NCBI GenBank assembly: GCA_022823465.1
Contig: JAJEHX010000012.1
Span: 29,659-93,658, forward strand
Length of the DNA stretch: 64,000 nucleotides
Direction: 5' to 3'
Source of the DNA: Candidatus Latescibacterota bacterium
GTDB taxonomy: Bacteria; JAAXHH01
This document shows, one piece after another, positions 38,493 to 47,577 of this stretch (position 1 is the stretch's first letter; the number at the start of each line of letters is the position of its first letter). A program made the position numbers and the translations under genes. Under the pieces are notes generated by a model. The model saw nothing but the letters and a program-made list of their open reading frames with translations, was not told the origin of the DNA and searched no databases.

Positions 38493-38662
38493 CGGGATAA
38501 ATACGTGCATTGTAAAAAAACACTGTAAGGTGAAGAAGGTGTACATATACTTGCCGTGCGGGATGAAACTGCAGGATGAAACAAATGTTAAGCGGAAAAT
38601 GGCAAGACTGGCCCGAATAAGTAACGGATGAATAACGCCAACTCATGCGAAAGGAGTTCTTC

Positions 38663-39316
38663 ATGAAAAGATGGAGCAATACGGCTTCGGTCCTGGCGCT
38701 CTGCGTTGTGGTCGCCGCTCCCGTGTGGATGGGCGCCTGCTGCGCCGTAACCCGGGGGCCTTCCGCGGAAGAACTGGCCGCGATGGAGGCGGAACGTCAG
38801 CGGGCCATAGCGGATTCGATCAGAGCCGTACGCGCTGAAGAGGAAGCCCGTCTCGCGGCCGAGGCAGAAGCCCGGCGCATGGCCGAAGAGGAAGCCCGTC
38901 TCGCGGCCGAGGCAGAAGCCCGGCGCATGGCCGAAGAGGAAGCCCGTCTCGCGGCCGAGGCAGAAGCCCGGCACCAGGAGATGATGTCCCTGTCGACCAT
39001 CTACTTCGATTACGACAGTTCAAGCGTTCGGGAAGACCAGCGTTCTGCCATGGATGAAAACGCCCGGAAGTTGCGAGAGTATCAGCCCGAAGACATGGTG
39101 GTGGTCGAGGGGCACAGCGATGAGCGGGGTACGATCGAATACAACCTGGCGCTGGGTGAACAGCGGGCGCAGGCGGTCAAGGCGTACCTCGTGGATGCCG
39201 GCGTGGCGGAAAGCCGCATCGAAACCGTCAGCCTGGGTGAGGAGCGGCCGGCGGTCACGGGAAGCGACGAAAGCACCTGGGCGCAGAACCGGCGCGTGGA
39301 ACTGAAACGCAAGTAA
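38663..39316 (+). CDS. pal: Peptidoglycan-associated lipoprotein, copy 2 (217 aa)
   Basis: AAGGAG RBS; lipobox-like GACC; IYFDYD, EGHSDERGTIEYNLALG, NRRVE. Confidence 0.93.
   Translation: MKRWSNTASVLALCVVVAAPVWMGACCAVTRGPSAEELAAMEAERQRAIADSIRAVRAEEEARLAAEAEARRMAEEEARLAAEAEARRMAEEEARLAAEAEARHQEMMSLSTIYFDYDSSSVREDQRSAMDENARKLREYQPEDMVVVEGHSDERGTIEYNLALGEQRAQAVKAYLVDAGVAESRIETVSLGEERPAVTGSDESTWAQNRRVELKRK
38834..38971. repeat. 48-bp near-perfect tandem repeat x2.9 (AEEEARLAAEAEARRM)
   Basis: GCCGAAGAGGAAGCCCGTCTCGCGGCCGAGGCAGAAGCCCGGCGCATG. Confidence 0.95.
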
Positions 39317-39349
39317 GCGCTCCCGCATCATCCGTACCGTTACAAGACT

Positions 39350-39377
39350 GGGGCGGCCGTAAGGTCGCCCCTTTTTT
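39350..39377 (+). terminator. Intrinsic terminator of pal copy 2
   Basis: GGGGCGGCC-GTAA-GGTCGCCCC followed by T6. Confidence 0.85.
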
Positions 39378-40272
39378 ATTGTGCTTCCGGCAGGAACGCC
39401 TTCCAGTTTTCATAGATCATGTTGTGGATGGCCTCGTCCGGAAACACGGGCAGGGACGTATTCCGTACGATGTCGTTCACCTTCCACTGCCCCGCTATGA
39501 CCTGCGCCGGCGTGGCAGAGGGAAAATCGGAGCCGAAGATCAACTTGTGCTCCACGCCGTACTCCAGGGCGGACATGAACGCCATGTAATGCCGAAGCGG
39601 GCGGTAGTGCAGGGCCGATATGTCCGCATAGAGATTCGGATGCTTACGGATCAGGACCACGCATTCGTCTTCCCACGGATGTCCCATGTGGGCGATCATC
39701 ATCCGAAGGTCCGGGCAGGCTACCGCGATGTCCTCCAGTTGTATCGGATTGGCCCATTTGAGAGGCCCCGGCCGCACGAAGGAAGTGCCCTGGTGCCAGA
39801 TGACGGGGATGTCGAGCGTTTCCGCTTTCTTGAACAGAGGTAGATACGCCGGATCCTGCGGGTCGAAGTGCTGGTAGATCGGGGCGACCTTCAGTCCGCG
39901 CAGGCCAAGCTCGTTCACGTTGTATTCGAGTTGTTCGACGGCGTCTTCGTCGTTGGGGTCAACGGAACACCAGCCGATGAACCGGTCCGCGTTGTCCGCC
40001 ACGAAGCCGGCGACGAGTTCCTGGGGCACGTCCATCCCGCAGTAGGGCGCTTTCAGCCCGAAGACCACCACCTTGTCGCAGTCTTCTGTCGCCTTCAGCA
40101 GCGTTTCCGGCGTGGAATCGAAGGCGTTTTTGTACCGGTCCTCGTGACCGGCGTAGTACACGTCCTCGGACAGCCGCATCTTGGCCTTCTTTGCCGCGTA
40201 GGCGAACTCCACGAATTCGTCGGACATATGGTCCGGGTACCACATCAGGTTGGTATGAATGTCGACTAGCAT
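39376..40272 (-). CDS. Amidohydrolase_2 family protein
   Basis: DIHTN, GLRGLK, IWHQG, AHMGHP, YADIS, FGSDFP; start overlaps the ecfA stop. Confidence 0.88.
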   Translation of the reverse strand: MLVDIHTNLMWYPDHMSDEFVEFAYAAKKAKMRLSEDVYYAGHEDRYKNAFDSTPETLLKATEDCDKVVVFGLKAPYCGMDVPQELVAGFVADNADRFIGWCSVDPNDEDAVEQLEYNVNELGLRGLKVAPIYQHFDPQDPAYLPLFKKAETLDIPVIWHQGTSFVRPGPLKWANPIQLEDIAVACPDLRMMIAHMGHPWEDECVVLIRKHPNLYADISALHYRPLRHYMAFMSALEYGVEHKLIFGSDFPSATPAQVIAGQWKVNDIVRNTSLPVFPDEAIHNMIYENWKAFLPEAQ

Positions 40273-42110
40273 GGTTGACTTTCCCCGGGGCTGGAGTGAT
40301 TGTTGCCGTTGCATACGTACGCGCGGATCATGTCCGCGGCTTCTTCCAGGTTGAAACAGCCGGTATCGACGGGGATCCCGGCTTCGCTGACGGCGGCCAG
40401 CAGGTTGCAAAGGCCGGGCCGTCCCGTAGACCGTGCATCGCCGCCGCCCTCCATGGCGAACAGGCGATCCGGCGTGGTGTCCGCCGCGATGCCGCCGCTC
40501 TCCATGACCAGGATCCGGTCGGCAAGGCGGGAGATCAGGTCCATGTCATGGGTGATCAGGAAAAGGGTCGCTCCCGTATCGCTATAGCTTTTGAAAATCG
40601 TCTCGACCTGTCCGGCACTTTGCGGATCGAGACCGGAAGTGGGCTCGTCGAGTGCGAGTACGGCAGGCTCCATGACGAGGATGCCGGCAATCGCGGCCCG
40701 ACGTTTTTCCCCGCCGCTCAGCGACAGGGGATGCCGGTGTGAAAAGCGATCCGGATTGAGGCCGACCCGCTGGAGCGCCCGGTTCACCATGCCGGGGATT
40801 TCCGATGCCGCGGCACCCATCTGGCGGGGGCCGAAAGCCACGTCGTCGAAGACGGTTTCCTCGAACAGTTGGGCTTCGGGAAACTGGAAAACCAGCCCCA
40901 CCTTCTGGCGTAGCTTCCGCAGGTCGGTCTCCGGGGAGGACACATCTTCGCCCGCTACCCGGACCGTGCCCGAGTCCGCTTTCAGCAGGCGGTTGAGGTG
41001 CTGAATCATCGTGGACTTTCCGGAACCGTTCGGCCCGGTCAACGCGACGCACTCTCCAGGGAATACCCGCGTGGTTACGTCGCGCAACGCCGGGATCTCC
41101 AGGGAGGTCCCGGGGGAGTAGGTATGGCACACCCGGTCGAATACGATGATAGGCGGCGCGGCTACTGGCCGGTTGGAAGGCAGTACGTCCGGTGTTGCGG
41201 AGGATGCCGCGGTGCGCGCCGGGGGACGGGCCGCGGCCGGCGGAGTGTCTTCTCCCGGTTCCCCGTCTGCCGGTGACACCGATTTTCGCTCCGATACCCA
41301 CTGTACCAGGGATTCGGGATGGACGGTGCCGGCAGGCACTTCAACGCCACGGGCGCGCAGGGCATCCGCCAGCCGTTTGGCCAGTGGCGCCTCGAGGCCG
41401 TGCGTCGCGAGGCGTTTGGTATCCTGGTATACTTCCTCCGGCGTGCCCTCGGCGACGACGTCCCCGTCCGCCACCAGCGCGACGCGATCCATCCGGGCGG
41501 CTTCCTCGGGAGACTGCGTGATGAAGACCACGCTCAATCGGTATTCGTCCACGATGGCCATAAGGAGGTCGAGGATGTCCTGCCGGTCACCGGGATCCAA
41601 CGAGGAGGTGGGCTCGTCGCAAATAAGATACCGAGGCCGCATCGCCGCCACGGAAGCGATGGCCAGCCGTTGTTTTTCGCCCCCCGATAACCTGTGTGGT
41701 GGATAATGGCGGTATTTAGCCAGGTGAAACCGGTCGAGCGCCCAGGCGACGCGCTGGTGGATCTCCCGGGAAGGCAGGCCGAGGTTCTCGAGGCCGAAGG
41801 CCACTTCCCGCTCCACTGTGGTCGAGACCAGTTGGTTGTCCGGATTCTGAAAGATCATCCCGGCCCGTTGATGGACCTGCCACTTGTTCCCTGGTTCGGC
41901 CGTATCCATGCCATCCACCAGGATCCGGCCGGACTGGGGCACGATCAACCCGTTGAGACAGCGGGCGAGGGTGCTCTTTCCCGAACCGTTGGGACCGATC
42001 ACGGCCAGGCTTTCGGATTCGGCGATTTCGAGGGACAGGCCTCGCAGCGTGGGGACCTCGTCCCCCGACTGGAGGTGGTAACTGAAGGTAACGTCCTCGG
42101 CGACGATCAC
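40266..42110 (-). CDS. Fused ECF transporter ATPase (EcfA-EcfA')
   Basis: Two GPNGSGKST Walker A motifs; FQNPDNQ and FQFPEAQLFE; two LSGGE; DEPT. Confidence 0.92.
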   Translation of the reverse strand: MIVAEDVTFSYHLQSGDEVPTLRGLSLEIAESESLAVIGPNGSGKSTLARCLNGLIVPQSGRILVDGMDTAEPGNKWQVHQRAGMIFQNPDNQLVSTTVEREVAFGLENLGLPSREIHQRVAWALDRFHLAKYRHYPPHRLSGGEKQRLAIASVAAMRPRYLICDEPTSSLDPGDRQDILDLLMAIVDEYRLSVVFITQSPEEAARMDRVALVADGDVVAEGTPEEVYQDTKRLATHGLEAPLAKRLADALRARGVEVPAGTVHPESLVQWVSERKSVSPADGEPGEDTPPAAARPPARTAASSATPDVLPSNRPVAAPPIIVFDRVCHTYSPGTSLEIPALRDVTTRVFPGECVALTGPNGSGKSTMIQHLNRLLKADSGTVRVAGEDVSSPETDLRKLRQKVGLVFQFPEAQLFEETVFDDVAFGPRQMGAAASEIPGMVNRALQRVGLNPDRFSHRHPLSLSGGEKRRAAIAGILVMEPAVLALDEPTSGLDPQSAGQVETIFKSYSDTGATLFLITHDMDLISRLADRILVMESGGIAADTTPDRLFAMEGGGDARSTGRPGLCNLLAAVSEAGIPVDTGCFNLEEAADMIRAYVCNGNNHSSPGESQPC

Positions 42111-43246
42111 GGCAGGTTATCCAGGTCCAGGCGGCCGGCGGCCTGATGGACGGCCGCATAGACGTCGGCGAGCGGAATGCCGTTCTTCCGGGCGGCCTGG
42201 CGGCAGTCCTCGTATTCCGGGGTGTAACGCCGGGAGTCTCCGTGCCGGGCGATCTTGATCCGGATCGCGCCATAGCGGGTTTCGACGGTTGATACGTTCC
42301 GGGACAGCACGTTCCTGGAGACAGGGTAGCTTCTGAGGCCAATCGTGGTCGTTTCCTTGAAAATCACTTCGGACAGCCGGCCGGCGAGGGTGGTCGGCGC
42401 CAGCACGGTGAGCAGAACGCCCGGCCTGCTTTTTTTCATGATTACAGGCGTGAGAAAGGCGTCCAGCGCGCCGGCTTCGAGCAGCAGGTCCAGGACGTGG
42501 CCGTAGAACTGCGGATTCATGTCGTCAATCTGCGTTTCCAGGACCTGAACGGATTCCGTATCGACCGGTTGGACGACTTCGCCCAGGCACAGCCGGATCA
42601 CGTCTCCATGATCACGGCCGGCGTCGTTGCCGCCATAGCCCACCTTCCGCAGCGTAAAGCCGGATCTGTGCATCGAACCCGCGGATAAGCCGGTCAAGAC
42701 GGCGCATCCCGGCAGGTCGACGGGTGCGCGGTCGACGGGAAATATGGCGGCGCCCCGCATCAGGCCGGCCAGGAATGGCGGAGTGGCATCGATTCCCGCG
42801 GCGAAGGGCAGCGCCTCGTGGTAAATGGCATCGATCCCGTGAAGATGAAGGGCGTTGCAGAGGACGAGTATGCGCAAAGCCGCGTGGCGGCCGCCCAGCT
42901 CTTCCCTGGTCGGTGCCTGGTCTGCTGCTCCCCAAAGCTCGTTCACGTGCTGCTCGAGATGGGCGGTCACCCTGCCGAGGAGTGCGCCGGCCGGCGTGCC
43001 CGCTCCCGAATCCGGGATGGCCCGGTAGGTTTCAGGTACGGACGCCTCGACGCAGGAAATGGTGGCGCAGGTCACCTGGGTCCTGTCGACCCGCCCCGTG
43101 GTGACGTTGATCTCGCAGTCCACGCCATGGTGTCGTCTCAGGGCCGATTCAAGCGCGTTCCGGTCCGCTCCCGCGTCGATCAGCGCGCCGAGCAGCATGT
43201 CCGCGGTGAAACCGGATAACTGGTCGAAATAACCCGCCACAGCCAT
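42107..43246 (-). CDS. larC: LarC-family nickel insertase with divergent N-terminal domain
   Basis: FD..SG...DMLLGALIDAG; LETQIDD, GALD, MKKSRPG, ETTTIGLR, PEYEDC. Confidence 0.85.
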   Translation of the reverse strand: MAVAGYFDQLSGFTADMLLGALIDAGADRNALESALRRHHGVDCEINVTTGRVDRTQVTCATISCVEASVPETYRAIPDSGAGTPAGALLGRVTAHLEQHVNELWGAADQAPTREELGGRHAALRILVLCNALHLHGIDAIYHEALPFAAGIDATPPFLAGLMRGAAIFPVDRAPVDLPGCAVLTGLSAGSMHRSGFTLRKVGYGGNDAGRDHGDVIRLCLGEVVQPVDTESVQVLETQIDDMNPQFYGHVLDLLLEAGALDAFLTPVIMKKSRPGVLLTVLAPTTLAGRLSEVIFKETTTIGLRSYPVSRNVLSRNVSTVETRYGAIRIKIARHGDSRRYTPEYEDCRQAARKNGIPLADVYAAVHQAAGRLDLDNLP

Positions 43247-43260
43247 TGAACCCGCCGTCC

Positions 43261-44013
43261 CTATTCGTGCTTCCGGTTGATGAGGCCCGCCGCGTAACCG
43301 GCGTTGAACCCGCCGTCGATGTTCACCACCGTGACGCCCGAGGCACAGCTGTTCAGCATGGCCAGGAGCGCCGCCAGTCCATTGAAGCTGGCGCCGTACC
43401 CCACGCTCGTCGGCACGGCGATCACCGGCCGGGAGACCATTCCGCCTACTACGCTGGGCAGGGCGCCCTCCATGCCTGCCACGACGATGAGTACCGACGC
43501 GTTCATGATGGTGTCGCGATGGGATAGCAGGCGGTGTATCCCGGCCACGCCGACGTCGAAGAGGCATTGGACGCGGTTGCCCAGGACCCGGGCGGTCACC
43601 GCGGCTTCTTCGGCCACCGGGATATCGCTCGTGCCCGCCGAGACGACCAGGACCTCGCCGATGCCCTGGTCCCGCCAGGTCTCCTGGACAACGATCGCCC
43701 GGGCCGTCTCGTGGTACTCCGCGGAGGGACAACGCGCCGTCACGGCTTCGTACATGGCCGGGGTCGCCCGCGTGGCGAGCAGGTCGCTGCCTGAGGCGAC
43801 GATGCGTTCCGCGATGGCGGCCACCTGTTCGTCGGTCTTCCCCGTGCAGAAGATTACCTCGGGGAACCCGCACCGCAGCGCCCTGTGGTGGTCCACCTGT
43901 GCGAATCCGAGGTCCTCGAAGGGCATGGACCGCAGCCGCGTGGAAGCTTCATCCACCGGCAAATCCCCCGATCGGACCTGTTCGAGCAGTTGCCTGATCT
44001 GCGATTCGTTCAT
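43261..44013 (-). CDS. larB: Nickel-pincer cofactor biosynthesis protein LarB
   Basis: [60 protein letters not shown]. Confidence 0.95.
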   Translation of the reverse strand: MNESQIRQLLEQVRSGDLPVDEASTRLRSMPFEDLGFAQVDHHRALRCGFPEVIFCTGKTDEQVAAIAERIVASGSDLLATRATPAMYEAVTARCPSAEYHETARAIVVQETWRDQGIGEVLVVSAGTSDIPVAEEAAVTARVLGNRVQCLFDVGVAGIHRLLSHRDTIMNASVLIVVAGMEGALPSVVGGMVSRPVIAVPTSVGYGASFNGLAALLAMLNSCASGVTVVNIDGGFNAGYAAGLINRKHE

Positions 44014-44107
44014 AGATCCCTACTGTATCCGGGCAGGTGGCCTGTGCTTTGGGATGCCATGTGAGCGCCGGAGCTTTTGGGGTGTGACGGCGTACTGGCT
44101 GCCGCGC

Positions 44108-45406
44108 CTATTCTTCGTCCGTCGAGTCTCCGTCCAGGTCTTCGGCGTCCAGGACTTCAATGCGCGCGCCCGAGGGGTTGCGCTCCTGCTGCAGCCGGGC
44201 GGCCACCGCCTCGGCATCGCGCATCACGCGCAGCACGTTTTGTCCAAGTATCTTCATGACATCCTCGTCCGTATATCCCCGACGGATCAGTTCTGCCGTC
44301 AGCATGGGGTAGGTGGACACGTCCTCCAGCCCCACCGGGACCGTGGAAATGCCGTCGTAATCCCCACCGATGCCGATGTAGTCAATGCCGGCTACCTGCC
44401 GGATGTGGTCGATATGGTCGGCCACCTGGGCGAGGGTGGCGGGCGGCGTGGGATTGGCCTCGTTCCATGCGGCCATGCCTGCTGAAACCGATTCATCCGT
44501 GGCGCCCGGCAGTGCCTGAAGCCTGTCCCGTTCCTCGCCGCGCGTCACGCCGTGCAGGCGGGTCTCCTCCGAGATGTAGGCGGGCACGAAGGTGACCATG
44601 ATCACGCCGCCGTTTTCGGCCAGCCGTTCCAGGACGTCGTCGGGGGCGTTGCGCACGTGGTTGCACATGGCCAGGGACGAGGAATGGCTGAAGATCACCG
44701 GAGCCTCCGACACCTCCAGGGCGTCCCGCATAGTCGCGGGGGACACGTGGGACAGGTCCACCAGCATGCCCAGGCGGTTCATCTCCCGGACCACTTCTTC
44801 CCCGAATTTCGTCAGCCCGTCGACCGCCACGGTATCCGTGGCCGAGTCGGCCCAGGGCACGTTGCGGCTATGGGTCAGCGTCATGTATCCGACGCCCAGC
44901 CGGTGAAACATGCGGAGCGCGCCGAGGGAGGAATCGATGGAATGCCCCCCTTCGATGCCCATCATGGACGCGATCTTGCCCGCCGCGAAGGCCGCCTCCA
45001 CTTCGTCCGCCGTGGTGGCTAACTGGAAAGTGTCCGGGTACCGGGCGATCATCTGGTACACGATGTCGATTTCCTCCATGGTCGCCCGCACCGCCTCCTT
45101 GCCCTGCATGGACGCGGGTACGTAGACCGACCAGAACTGGGCGCCCAGCATGCCCTCGCGAAGGCGGGGGATGTCGGTGTGCAGGTCCGGCTGGGGCTCG
45201 GCGATATCCAGGGCCCAGACGTCCCGGTTCGCCTTCCTGCGTATCTGCCAGGGCAGGTCGTTATGTCCGTCGGTCAGCGGGACTTTCCCGTGCAGCGCTT
45301 TGGCGCGTTCGACGGGGTCGTCAGGCATGGGCTCTTCCGCGGGCGCGCACGAGGCGGTCAGCGCGATGAAACAAAGGCCGGTGAGTAACAGGGTGAATGA
45401 TTGCAT
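44108..45406 (-). CDS. Membrane dipeptidase (M19), lipoprotein
   Basis: LTASC lipobox; DGHNDLP, IEGGH, TLTH, DLSHVS, FSHS, GIGGDYDG. Confidence 0.93.
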   Translation of the reverse strand: MQSFTLLLTGLCFIALTASCAPAEEPMPDDPVERAKALHGKVPLTDGHNDLPWQIRRKANRDVWALDIAEPQPDLHTDIPRLREGMLGAQFWSVYVPASMQGKEAVRATMEEIDIVYQMIARYPDTFQLATTADEVEAAFAAGKIASMMGIEGGHSIDSSLGALRMFHRLGVGYMTLTHSRNVPWADSATDTVAVDGLTKFGEEVVREMNRLGMLVDLSHVSPATMRDALEVSEAPVIFSHSSSLAMCNHVRNAPDDVLERLAENGGVIMVTFVPAYISEETRLHGVTRGEERDRLQALPGATDESVSAGMAAWNEANPTPPATLAQVADHIDHIRQVAGIDYIGIGGDYDGISTVPVGLEDVSTYPMLTAELIRRGYTDEDVMKILGQNVLRVMRDAEAVAARLQQERNPSGARIEVLDAEDLDGDSTDEE

Positions 45407-45736
45407 GGTTCCTCCGGGAGAGTACGAAGTCTCTGGTCGTTTCGGCTTCACGCAGGATCGATCATCCAATGCGCATGAGCATTGGTTACTTAAACTGACC
45501 AGTTACCGGTGTAGTCGATCTCCTCTAAAATTAACGAATTTTCAATCAGGGCAAGGGATTAATGGATGCCCCGACCGCCGGTTTCGCGCCATCTCCAATG
45601 TTTGAGACGGTCCCGTCAGGCATGGCACAAATCGGCATCGGATCATCGTCAAATTCTCATATTGCCATTCCCGTCGTCCCGCGTTACTTTTGACAGGTCG
45701 CAAGTGCCCCGATACCCCTTATCCGAAGGAGTCCGC

Positions 45737-46747
45737 ATGGCTCGATTTACCATTCTCGCGCCCGGCAATCCCGATAATCCCGGTCCCAACCAGTATATCA
45801 GGGACGAACTGGAAACCATCGGCGCTGAACTGAAGATCAGGCCTTTCCGTACACGAGAGGAAATGCTCGAGGAGGCCCGGGACGTGGACGGCTTCACCCA
45901 GGGCGGCCTGACTTTCAACAGGGAAGAAGTGGAACGCCTGCCCGAACGCATACGCGTCGTGGGCGCGGGCGGGATCGGCGTGGATTTCATCGACGTGGAA
46001 GCAGCCACGGAGCGAGGCATCATCGTATACAACATCCAGGGCGTATTCGAACGGGAAGTCGCCCAGCACGCCATGATGCTGCTGCTTGCGTGCGCCCGCC
46101 GGCTGATGCCCATCAACCGGTCCATGCTCGAGGGCACCCCTGTCAGCCGCGGCACCATACAGCCTGTTTATGACCAGACCCTCGGCCTGGTTTCCTTCGG
46201 AAACATCGGACGGGCCATGGCGAAGATAGCCGCCGGTTTCGATCTCCGCGTCATCGCCTGCGACCCCTTCGTCAGCCAGGCGGACGCCGATCCCTGGGGC
46301 GTGACCATGGTGGACCAGGAAACGCTGTTCAAGGAATCGGACTTCGTTTCCTGTCACGTGCCCCTGACGCCCAGTACTCACCGCATTATCGGTGAGAAGG
46401 ATTTCCGGAACATGAAGCCCTCCGCCTACTTCATCAATACGGGCCGCGGCAAGGTCGTGGACGAAAAGGCGCTGATCCGGGCCTTGCAGGAAGGGTGGCT
46501 TGCCGGCGCCGGACTGGACGTGCAGGAGCAGGAACCGCCGGCCCCGGACAACCCGCTGCGGACGATGGAACAGGTGGTCCTCACCCCCCATTACGCTTCG
46601 GCATCGGTCAGAGGTGGAATCGAGCGCGCCATAAAGGCCGGCCGGCAACTGGTCAGCATCCTCAGCGGCCGCTGGCCCGACGACGGCCTCGTAAACCCCG
46701 CCGTGAAGCCGCTCGCCGCCGAAAAATGGGGCATGCCCGCGGAGTGA
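45737..46747 (+). CDS. D-isomer-specific 2-hydroxyacid dehydrogenase
   Basis: GIGVD, SFGNIG, HVPLT, INTGRG, LDV..EP, TPH; AAGGAG RBS. Confidence 0.92.
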   Translation: MARFTILAPGNPDNPGPNQYIRDELETIGAELKIRPFRTREEMLEEARDVDGFTQGGLTFNREEVERLPERIRVVGAGGIGVDFIDVEAATERGIIVYNIQGVFEREVAQHAMMLLLACARRLMPINRSMLEGTPVSRGTIQPVYDQTLGLVSFGNIGRAMAKIAAGFDLRVIACDPFVSQADADPWGVTMVDQETLFKESDFVSCHVPLTPSTHRIIGEKDFRNMKPSAYFINTGRGKVVDEKALIRALQEGWLAGAGLDVQEQEPPAPDNPLRTMEQVVLTPHYASASVRGGIERAIKAGRQLVSILSGRWPDDGLVNPAVKPLAAEKWGMPAE

Positions 46748-46770
46748 CGAGGCGGCAGCACGGATTCACC

Positions 46771-47478
46771 ATGTTCTATGACACCGTGATCTTCGATGCG
46801 GCCGGTACGCTCGTCGGCCGGGATTCTCCCGATTTCTTCGAGGAGTTCTTCGTCGTCGCCGCCGGAGAACTCGGGACCGAGATCACACTGGAACAGGTGA
46901 AGGCGGCCCTGGCGAAGACCATGGAGGAGGAACCCCGGTTCCGGAAGCGCGAAGGCCGTATGAGCACGCCGGAACAGACGCGCCGGTACTTTCTGGATCT
47001 CTACGCCCATGTGTTTGATATTGCAGGTATCGAGGGTGACCTGCTGCCCGGATTGCAGAAATACTACGACCGGTTCCAGGACGGCAGGTACCTGGACGTG
47101 TACGGCGACGTCCGGCCTACATTGGAGAAGCTGCAGGGGCGGGGCGTGCGCCTCGGCGTGTTGTCGAACTGGTCGGAACACCTTGCCCTCGTACTGGAGC
47201 GGTTCGGTCTGGGCCGATACTTCTCCTTCCTCGTCGTTTCCGCCGAAGTCGGTTGCGAAAAGCCCGATGAGAAGATCTTTCACATGGCCATCGACCGGGC
47301 GGAAACACCCATCGGTCGGATTCTGTACATCGGCGACTATCCGGAGGAGGACATCCTGCCCGCGGAACGGGTCGGCCTGGACGCCCTCCTCATCGACCGG
47401 TATGACAAGTACGGTCGCTATCGTCTGCCTTCCATCAGGCAGTTGACGGACGTACCCGGACTTATAGGCCTGTCGTGA
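46771..47478 (+). CDS. HAD-IA family hydrolase
   Basis: FDAAGTL, LSNW, EKPD..IF, YIGD...DI. Confidence 0.88.
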   Translation: MFYDTVIFDAAGTLVGRDSPDFFEEFFVVAAGELGTEITLEQVKAALAKTMEEEPRFRKREGRMSTPEQTRRYFLDLYAHVFDIAGIEGDLLPGLQKYYDRFQDGRYLDVYGDVRPTLEKLQGRGVRLGVLSNWSEHLALVLERFGLGRYFSFLVVSAEVGCEKPDEKIFHMAIDRAETPIGRILYIGDYPEEDILPAERVGLDALLIDRYDKYGRYRLPSIRQLTDVPGLIGLS

Positions 47479-47577
47479 GGACGCATTATGAAGGCCGCGG
47501 CATGGACAGTGGAAGCGCCGCCCGGCCTTTGGGCGACGGGTCAGCCATGAGGGACACATCATGAACGAGGGCGTACC

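Larger units (their letters stand above)
37629..39465. repeat. Diverged tandem duplication (unit 1 37629-38492, unit 2 38493-about 39465)
   Basis: Both units start CGGGATAA..CG.GCATT.T.AAAAA and contain promoter region, pal, terminator and the 3' end of the amidohydrolase gene. Confidence 0.9.

Noticed and set aside
43247-43873. Apparent 588-aa LarC or a larB-larC frameshift fusion
   Set aside because: The extension is an alternate frame of larB, which has its own stop; LarC homology begins at 43246 and no slippery site was noted.
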